DNA of 14,992 nt. Source: Octopus sinensis. Its lineage: Eukaryota. A model generated the notes under the pieces. It was not told where the DNA came from, did not search any database, and worked only from the letters and a program-made list of their open reading frames with translations. Positions 1-7,777 of the stretch are shown piece by piece. The number at the start of each line of letters is the position of its first letter. Position 1 is the stretch's first letter. Position numbers and translations under genes: made by a program. Where the stretch lies: the NCBI RefSeq assembly GCF_006345805.1, contig NW_021825612.1:1-14992 (forward strand), given 5' to 3'.

Positions 1-126
1 TTCACATTTATATCCAGTACAACCCTTAAACAAGTAAATCGTATTTTCCTAAACAATAGATCCACTTATTTCGGTTAGTAACTTATTCACGAATATACCA
101 ACACCAGCGCCCCTGAGGGTAATATT

Positions 127-385
127 CTCTGGAAACGCACAAAAGCTCTTTTCAGAGTTATTTACTTTGAATTATTGTTATCTCATCGATATTACATAAC
201 ATGCTTCACGATTTTATTATACATACCTTATTAGTATTTTCTCCTAAGTTCTATATACCCTGGGAACGCATTAAAGCCCTTTTCGAGGCTACTTTATTTG
301 AATTCTTACTATCGGGTAACTAATTACATGTTATTGCATAACTGATTTCACAATTTGGGTATTCATGACTTATTGAGAATTCTTA
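127..385 (+). repeat. Diverged ~130-bp direct repeat, two copies
   Basis: CTGGAAACGCACAAAAGCTCTTTTCAGAGTTATTTACTTTGAATT (from ~129) matches CTGGGAACGCATTAAAGCCCTTTTCGAGGCTACTTTATTTGAATT (from ~260), with weaker similarity continuing downstream. Confidence 0.6.
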
Positions 386-1243
386 AAAACAAGAACCTGT
401 GTGAAACAGTTTGGTATTCTCTGTAAATGCACAAGGAAAAAACGTTTTAACGGCTTCATACTTTGTATTGTTGCTATTGGATTTGTGGAACAATTATGAG
501 AACGCAAAGTTGCAGTGTAAGAGTGTATGACCCGTATACAAGTGTACGAGTGGTTCAGAGATAGTTGTTAATAACATTACTCCTGTTTATAAACGAATTT
601 GGTACTCAAGTGATTGATATCGAATATACAATATATTTATTCAGAAGTAATCCTGGTACAATTTGCATATAAGTTATACGGTAATGTTACTCCTGTCCCT
701 AATTTATGAATAAATACTCTTTGAAAATGTCTATTACATGGGAGATAACTCGTAATATCGTTGCCACTGGTTATGAGTAGATTGGCATATACAATATTAT
801 TGTTAATAATTCACGCTAAGTGAAGTATATCAATAATACAATTGACATTCTGTCATTGCTTATCGCCTCGTTAGATTACAAGTCTTAATCCTTTGGCTAC
901 TGGAGATATGATGAGACAAGTGTCGTATCGATGAAGGCTATTGAATCAGAAACACTTGATCACGATTGTCCTCTTATCGCTAGACAATAGACTGGTCACT
1001 TTCCTTAATAGCATATCATTTTAGACAATTCTTAAATCTCTTCTCTAGTAAGGCTGGTCTTAATTGTCAGTTAGTAATTATGATACGTTTTCGTCATTAT
1101 CGTCTGTGTTATTTTCTATGAAAGTTGGGAAAGAAAATGGAAATATACTCTAATGTGTATGTTTAGCAACTTCTCCATTTCCAAGGCCACCGTATTTGAA
1201 AACACTAGCATTATAAGAAGACAACATGTCTATCTATGCATTT

Positions 1244-1277
1244 TTGGCTGGAAGTATTATTTGGCTGGAAGTATTAT
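1244..1277 (+). repeat. Perfect 17-bp tandem duplication
   Basis: TTGGCTGGAAGTATTAT at 1244-1260 and 1261-1277. Confidence 0.9.
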
Positions 1278-1361
1278 TAGCTATTGGGTATCTTATAAAC
1301 ATGGCAGGCGAAAAAGATGTCAACAGTCGTACAACTGCTATTGACAAATAGTACCACTGAT

Positions 1362-1436
1362 TTATATATATACATATACATCTAAACTAACTATGGCTTA
1401 TATATATATATACATATACATCTAAACTATGGCTTA
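1362..1436 (+). repeat. ~36-39-bp tandem duplication
   Basis: TTATATATATACATATACATCTAAACTA(ACTA)TGGC occurs twice, differing in TA count and one ACTA unit. Confidence 0.85.
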
Positions 1437-1452
1437 ATTTTCCTCTCATACC

Positions 1453-1500
1453 GTCTCCGACGAAGGGATGTTATTAATATCCTAGGAACAGCTGAAAGAC
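1453..1500 (+). ncRNA. Degenerate minimal type I hammerhead ribozyme-like motif (core CCGACGA)
   Basis: Stem I GTCT(1453-56)/AGAC(1497-1500); core CCGACGA+A; stem II GGGATG/TATCCT with loop TTATTAA; GGAA in place of GAAA; palindromic stem III CAGCTG; AA where UH is expected. The topology fits, but three core positions deviate. Confidence 0.55.
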
Positions 1501-1565
1501 TTTCTATCTATAAATGCTCTAATATCTATACAGCCTTGGCTTTTTATCTTATTACGCAAAAGACT

Positions 1566-2605
1566 TCCGAACTATATGGCCGTTATATTGACGACTGTAT
1601 CAGTGCCACCTCATTCTCCCGCGAACATCTAGACTCCTTCCTCTCTTTCATCAAATCTTTCCATCCTGCCCTCCACTTCTCCTGCACTATCTCTGACACC
1701 TCTGTCTCCTTTCTTGACATTTCGATCAGCATTCATCACTCCACTCTTACCACCTCCATCCACTACAAACACACAGACTTACACTCATACCTAAAGTTCT
1801 CTTCCTCCCACCCCAAACACACCAAGCTTTCCATCCCCTATTCCCAATTCCTCCGTCTATGCAGGCTCTGTAGTGACGACCATGATTTGAGACTCAGTCT
1901 CAACTCATGGCTCGCCACTTCATCCTACGTAGATATCCCTTCACCACTATGCACACCGCCCTTGCCAGAGCACGTTCCGTGGACCATGCATCTGCTCTCT
2001 CCCGCCGAACGCGCCCTGCAGTCTCCCGCCTCCCTTTTTCTCTCACTTACTACTCCACCACCCTACTTCTCCAACGCACCATTCTCCGAGCTTTCCGGCA
2101 TCTCCAGTCCGACCCGTCCACTTCACACATCTTCCCTAACCGACCTCTCCCCTCCTTCAAACGAGCCCATAACCTACGAGACCTCTTGGTCCACAGCTTC
2201 TTCCCCAACCCTACCTCCCAACCTGGCTTGTTCCCCTGCTCCCGCCCACGTTGCCACACTTGCCCTTACATCTCCAACACCACCCTCCTCACCGGCACCC
2301 ATCATCGACTCTTTCACCTGTACCTCCAGCAATATCATCTATTGCATCTCCTGCTCTCTCTGCCATTCCCTGTACATCGGACAAACAGGACGCCGCTTGG
2401 CTGACCGGTTCGCGGAACACCTCCGAGACATCCGCCTCAGCAATGACACCCCGGTCTCACGTCATTTCCGCTCTACCGGTCACTCCTTGCAATACCTGTC
2501 TGTGTTCGGATTGTCCTTGAACAAAGGCCATCCGGACTCCTGTTTGCGCCGAGAACAGGGATTAATCTTCTCTCTTCGCTCTTTTCGCCATTTGGGCTCA
2601 ACTCT
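1566..2605 (+). pseudogene. PLE reverse transcriptase C-half plus GIY-YIG endonuclease, disrupted by two frameshifts (~1888 and ~2298)
   Basis: The frame of track ORF 1536 gives ELYGRYIDD...LCRLCSDDHD. A 1-nt deletion at ~1888 moves homology to the frame of ORF 1907 (ETQSQLMARHF...PLPSFKRAHNLRDLLV...CSRPRCHTC). At ~2298 it returns to the 1536 frame (IIDSFTCTSSNIIYC...YIGQTGRRLADRFAEH...REQGLIFSL). RT motifs upstream of YIDD are absent. Confidence 0.9.
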
Positions 2606-3390
2606 CCTCCCCGACTCCTACCTTTCTTCACTCCTACATCTTTTCAACCCTACTCTCTTTCCCTCTTTCCCCTTCTTCCCTCTCTTCTCTCCTCTTCCTC
2701 TCTCTCTTTCCCTCTTCTCCCCTACTCTCTTCTCTCTGCTCCACCATTCTCCTTCTCTCTTCTCTCTCTCTCCGCTCTCCCACCTCCCTCCTCCTCCTTC
2801 CCACCCAAATCTCCTCCCTTGCCCCAACTCCTACTTCTCTTCAATCCTACTTCACTCCTACATCTCTTCACTGCTACTTTCTCTTCACCCCTACTCTCTT
2901 TCCCTCTTCTCTCTTACTCTCTTTCACTGTCTCTCTTACTCTCTCTTTCTCTCTTCTCTCCTACTCTCTTCTCTCTTTCTCTCTCTCCTTCCCCCCTTCC
3001 CTCTTATTCTCTTTCCTCTCTTCTCTCTTACACAAAAACCCTTCTCAATCTCTCTCTATTCTCTTTCTCGCTTCTCTCCTACTCTTTCAGTCTCTCTTTC
3101 TCTCTTCTCTCTTACCCTCTCTTTCTCTCTTACCCTCTCCTTCTCTCTTACCCTCACTTTCTCTCTTCTCTCTTCTCTCCTCTTCTCTCCTCTTCTCTCA
3201 CCTCACATACCTACCTTCCCCTCCCCCATAAACCTACCCACTCCTACTCCACCTTCCCTATCCTTCCCACCCCCTACATACCTGACCTCTACCTCCATCC
3301 TCTACCTATCCACAACCCCAAGCCACACCCCCCACCCCACCCGTGCTTTTCCCCACTCTCACTCTCCCCCCACCTCCCCACCTCCCCACA
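2606..3390 (+). repeat. Polypyrimidine (CT/C-rich) low-complexity tract in the PLE 3' region
   Basis: About 780 nt, almost entirely C/T with sparse A. This explains the long S/L/F/P read-through ORFs. Confidence 0.9.
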
Positions 3391-3400
3391 ACATCACACC

Positions 3401-3491
3401 ACACCACACTACACCATAGAACATTACACATCACATCACAACACACCACACTACACCATAGAACATTACACATCACATCACAACACACCAC
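3401..3491 (+). repeat. 42-bp tandem duplication (about 2.2 copies) in the CA-rich PLE tail
   Basis: ACACCACACTACACCATAGAACATTACACATCACATCACAAC starts at 3401 and 3443; a partial copy starts at 3485. Confidence 0.9.
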
Positions 3492-3767
3492 CCACACACC
3501 CATCCCCACATCTTCCCACCTACACATACATACATACACACGTCCAGACCACTAGCCTTCTTTCACATGCACATACATACTCTCTTATACACACACGCAC
3601 CTTTGAGTTGGGGGCTCCTTCGTGTTGGGGGTTATCTTTACCTTGTTATCTCCGCTACTTTCCTCCTTCCGTCTGACCATTTTGTCCGAGTCAGACGCCA
3701 TGATAGATTGTTAGCCACTACACACATTTTTTCTCTCTCCTTGTTTCTCTCCTTTTTTTCTGTGTAC

Positions 3768-3803
3768 CTTTCTGTAGAAGAGCATAGGCTCGAAACGTAA
3801 AAG
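3768..3803 (+). ncRNA. Minimal type I hammerhead ribozyme-like motif at the PLE 3' terminus (variant core CUGUAGA)
   Basis: Stem I CTTT(3768-71)/AAAG(3800-03); core CTGTAGA+A; stem II GAGC-atag-GCTC (3780-91); GAAA (3792-95); palindromic ACGT stem III; GUA cleavage triplet (3797-99). This architecture is typical of PLE-associated hammerheads. Confidence 0.75.
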
Positions 3804-4102
3804 ACTTTTTCTATTCCTGAGCGCTATACTAATACATCTGCTTGTTTTGTACACCACCTGTCTTCGTCTTTTGTTTTTTTTCGTAAACTTTCCCTATGTG
3901 CGTGTGTATTTTAGTGTGTGTATGTGAGTGTGTAACTTTATATGGCGCTTATATAAATTCCATACACTAACGGACTTCTACATGTTCGTACAGTTCAAGG
4001 AATATACCTACTACGTGAAAGCGTATGGTAGCCGATAATAGTATAAGAGCTTTTAAATGTACGTTATGTGGTCATTACCCAGATAATATTGAATATGTAG
4101 GC

Positions 4103-4174
4103 ATACACACACACACACACACAAACATACATACATACATACATGTATGTGTATGTATATGTATATGTATGTAT
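4103..4174. repeat. (CA)n-(CATA)n-(TATG)n compound microsatellite
   Basis: Read directly from the sequence. Confidence 0.85.
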
Positions 4175-4378
4175 AGAGAAATACCTGTATATCAAATACC
4201 ATACAATATAAATTACTGATATATTAAAATAATTTCGACCTCTCTAGCGGATGTACTATAATTACCAAATGGCAATTAAGATCAGCTCCACACGAGAAGG
4301 GGAGATAATCTCAAGAATTTCTCCAAAGCTGATATGATGTTAAGGAAAGGGAGATAAGGAGAGTTGTTGGCGAGAGTT

Positions 4379-4395
4379 TGTGTGTGTGTGTCTGT

Positions 4396-4478
<83 letters not shown>
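4379..4478. repeat. (TG)n microsatellite
   Basis: About 100 nt of TG with few interruptions. Confidence 0.97.
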
Positions 4479-4481
<3 letters not shown>

Positions 4482-5608
4482 CACGATCGCTCTGCTGCAT
4501 TCTGGCTGAAGTTTTCTTCATAATCACGTAGTTTCTGGATTGATCCATTCTGCACAACACATTGGACAAGCTTCGTAGGTAAAACGAGTTAAGTATGAAA
4601 TGAAATTAAGTGAGTAAAATTAGCAAAATGTCGAATTCTGTGCGACTTCACTTTTTTAAAAGGGAGGAATAAATTCATCACCCGGTTTAACACCACCACT
4701 TGGTTCTTATCTTTAGCGAATGGGAAAAGATATCACGATGCTCTGCTTCCTATTGTCACAACCTATGAATTTTAGTTGCCTCCTCTGTGTCTCTCTTCCA
4801 ATAGTTTTGTTACCTTTTCCCCTGCGAAGAAACCATTAAATATAATTTCTATCGTTTATATATTTCTACAAGTGAGTATACCATCCATCTACAAAAGAAT
4901 ATCATTAAAAGCATGAATATTTTAAAGCCCGAAATGTTTCCATATGCATGTGTGTCCAGCTGGCTTTTGAGAGACACACAAATACGCAAAGATGGCTGAT
5001 ACCAAGAATAATAGCTAAAATTGCAAGAATTTCCATACCACCTGAATTATATATGTCAATGGCTTTTTCGTTCGTTATAGACGACCTGAGAAATATCCGA
5101 AATCCTCCTTCAATTATTCCTTGTTATAACTATAGTGATGAGCGAGTAAAATGTTACAGCAAACACCAATATAATTTGGTGATCGATGAAAATAGCATAA
5201 AAGGAAAATGAAAAGGTCAATGTTTCGATAATGCGATCTACTTCCTATTCATGTTGGAAGTCAATTCACTAAATTCATAACGTTAATTCAGGTGGGATAG
5301 AAATTCGTCCGTTTTTGCCCATTTCTCATGGCATAACCATCTTTGAGTGTGTGTATGTCTCCGAGAATCAAGGTGTAGACAAAAGTTATATGGAATATTG
5401 TTATATAGGATTATGACAACTCGTCTCCATGTCTCACTCGTCACGACCCAAGGCTATAAATTTTGCATATGTTCACACTATCGCGTCTGCTAATTTTTTT
5501 TTTCTAATACAAGCTGTCCGTTGATATGACATTCATTTGTTTTAATGCGGAAGATACCCAATCAGCTAACTACTACAACTTTAATATAGTTAAAAGAATA
5601 TGTCTTTT

Positions 5609-5611
<3 letters not shown>

Positions 5612-5699
<88 letters not shown>

Positions 5700-5719
5700 A
5701 GAGAGAGAGAGAGAGAGAG

Positions 5720-5759
<40 letters not shown>

Positions 5760-5806
5760 TAGATAGATAGATAGATAGAGATAGATGATAGATAGATAGA
5801 TAGATA
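5612..5806. repeat. Compound (TA)n-(GA)n-(GATA)n microsatellite
   Basis: TA 5612-5696, GA 5699-5722, GATA ~5721-5806. Confidence 0.97.
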
Positions 5807-6414
5807 TTCAGGATTAAATAAAAAGGAGACAACAAACGGAGAATTCGACAGGCCAAAAATATATATAATTTAGAAAAAAAAAACGTGTAGCAAACAAACA
5901 AACACTATTAAATGCACAGGCAAACAGAAAACACACCGAGTCCTCATCAGTTATCGGCCAGAGAGTTAAACAATACACACGCGCGCGCGTACACATGCAC
6001 ACATACACATACACATAAGAGTTGTCTTCCATGCATTAACATGTACCTCCTTGAGACAATATAAACTTTCATTTAATCAAAATATCTTTGGCCTGAAGAG
6101 TAGCCTGCGACATACACCTCACTTGGATATTTACAATTTCTGAGGTTCCACTTGGTATGAAACATATATATAGCCCATATCTTATCTACTCCGTTTCTTA
6201 ACTCTTCTAATCTTATTCGCATACCTGGCAACCCTTATCGCCTACCATGAAATATGAAAAGAATATTTTCAATTTAATGGACTTCAATAAGAAAAATTCC
6301 ACATCTTTCTGTCTCAATAAACCACCATTGTCACCTGAAAATTTTTAAAAAATTTTTAATACAGATTGCTTGAAGCTAATTTTCTTCCTACACCTCGTTC
6401 CCTGGATCTTTCAT

Positions 6415-6900
6415 ATACGCACCACCACACCACCCCACTCCACAACACTCCACACACAATAGCACTGACCACTTCTCAGTACCCACACCATACACCTTCA
6501 TCTGCACAGCCATACATTACAGACGCACACACTCACGCACACATCTAAATGTCATAGTCATGAGTAGTCACTAGCCCCTATCCACAGACTCCCACACTTA
6601 CACATTCTTACATACACACGCGCACCTTCGTTTTGGGATCACTAATACTTTTATTATTTCCCCTTCCTTCTACCTCTCCTATCAAACCATCCCCCCCCCA
6701 CCAACCAGTTGTAAAGCTTGATCGCTAAATCCACAAAATTTTTTCTCTAACTGTTTGTTTTCCTCTTAATCCTTTCTGTTGAAGAGTGTAGGCTCAAATG
6801 TAAAAGACTTTCCTGCTTTCCCGAGCGTCTAACTAATACAACTACTTGTTGTTCATATATCTGTCGTCATCTTTTTGTTTTTGTGTAAATCTCTCAACTA
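6415..6900 (+). mobile_element. 3'-end remnant of the same PLE family (CA-rich tail plus terminus)
   Basis: Shares CACTAGCC, ACACACG(CG)CACCTT..TTGGG, the hammerhead motif, GAGCG..TAATACA and the T-rich end ...GTAAA with 3550-3896. No coding sequence remains. The 5' boundary is uncertain. Confidence 0.75.
6772..6806 (+). ncRNA. Degenerate copy of the PLE hammerhead-like motif (core CUGUUGA; G12 deleted)
   Basis: CTTT-CTGTTGA-A-GAGT-gtag-GCTC-AAA-TG-TA-AAAG aligns base for base with 3768-3803, apart from loss of the G of GAAA and a few substitutions. Confidence 0.6.
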
Positions 6901-6940
6901 TATATATATATATATATTATATATATATATATATATAATA
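6899..6940. repeat. (TA)n microsatellite abutting the PLE remnant
   Basis: Read directly from the sequence. Confidence 0.9.
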
Positions 6941-7296
6941 TAATATAAGATATGTTGGTATTGCTCCAATGTTAGAAAGTAATATATATATATCAAGCTA
7001 TCGTAGCTTGACTTGTGATAATACAAGACAAATATAGCAAATATACCTAAAATCATACAATCATACGCATCAGGTAATGTATTCTACAAAGGAGTCAATT
7101 TGACCATGTATGTATGTGTGTATATGCGTGTGTGTATGTGTATGTGTTTTTTAATATACATATGAGTGTGCATGTGTGTGTGTGTGGGGGGTAGGTGTGC
7201 GTATATTTACATATAAACACACATATAAAAGATATTTCCTGCATTGTATGATTTGTATGTTTTGAGGTATATTTGTCTGATATTTATAAACTGATT

Positions 7297-7394
7297 TCAA
7301 ATTTTTAGCACAAGGCCAGCAATTTCGTGGGCGGGAGTAAGTCGATCACATTGACCCCAGTGTTCGACTGGTACTTATTTCATTGACCCCGAAA
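7297..7394 (-). mobile_element. SINE fragment (tRNA-derived, probably Meta-core type; head missing)
   Basis: CACAAGGCCAGCAATTT...GTAAGTCGATCACATTGACCCCAGTGTTCGACTGGTACTTATTTCATTGACCCCGAAA resembles, from memory, an abundant Octopus SINE. Its minus-strand TTTCGGGGTCAATGAAATAAGTACC resembles the MetaSINE core. Needs a Dfam/Repbase search. Confidence 0.65.
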
Positions 7395-7597
7395 CTATCC
7401 TAATTTTTGCGTTAGCTGTTCGTTGATTTCATTCAATATTTACAGTCACCACTGAAAGTTACGACGTTTCTATTACGAATAAATCTACGTAAACAATGCG
7501 ATCGAAGATTGAAAAATTAGTAATGGGTATATATGCATATGTATCTATATATCACTACGTGTGAAGATGCATACATGTCTCTCGCTCTCTTTATTTG

Positions 7598-7715
7598 TCA
7601 GTCTGTCTGTCCATCCATCCATCCGTCCACCCACCCGCCCGTCCGTCCGTCCGCCCGTCCGCCCGTCTGTCTGTTTGTCTATCTGTCTGTTTATCTATCT
7701 ATCTATCTATCTATA

Positions 7716-7771
<56 letters not shown>

Positions 7772-7777
7772 CATCTA
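7598..7777. repeat. Tetranucleotide tract grading TCTG/TCCA/CCCG/TCCG into (TATC)n
   Basis: A period of 4 is kept while the unit changes; near-pure TATC from ~7692. Confidence 0.95.

Larger units (their letters stand above)
1560..3896 (+). mobile_element. Penelope-like retroelement (Neptune-like), 5'-truncated, frameshifted; includes low-complexity 3' region and hammerhead-bearing terminus
   Basis: RT motif RYIDD (YIDD 1584-1595), FLDISI and thumb YKHTDLHSYL..SSHP. A C-x4-C-x2-C linker (2237-2263) precedes the GIY-YIG module NIIYCISCSLCHSLYIGQT...RFAEH. The 3' terminus (3768-3896) is shared with the remnant at 6772-6900. The 5' boundary is approximate. Confidence 0.93.

Noticed and set aside
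1536-3419. 627-aa ORF as an intact protein
   Set aside because: Only ~1566-1888 and ~2300-2605 are in the true PLE frame. The rest is out-of-frame read-through and a stop-poor C/T tract.
3401-3491. CRISPR-like repeat array
   Set aside because: A simple tandem duplication with no spacers, in a eukaryotic retroelement tail.
4905-5211. Plus-strand 87-aa ORF and an overlapping minus-strand open stretch (..GGMEILAILAIILGISHLCVFVCL..)
   Set aside because: No recognisable family and no convincing splice-site pair. Hydrophobic runs are expected in AT/TG-rich DNA. RNA-seq or tBLASTx would be needed to revive it.
5915-5950. Perfect CTGATGA hammerhead core on the minus strand (5944-5950)
   Set aside because: No stem II closure or GAAA downstream.
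6093-6112. CTGAAGA-GTAG-C-CTGC-GACA hammerhead look-alike
   Set aside because: GACA instead of GAAA, a 1-nt loop in stem II, and no convincing stems I/III.
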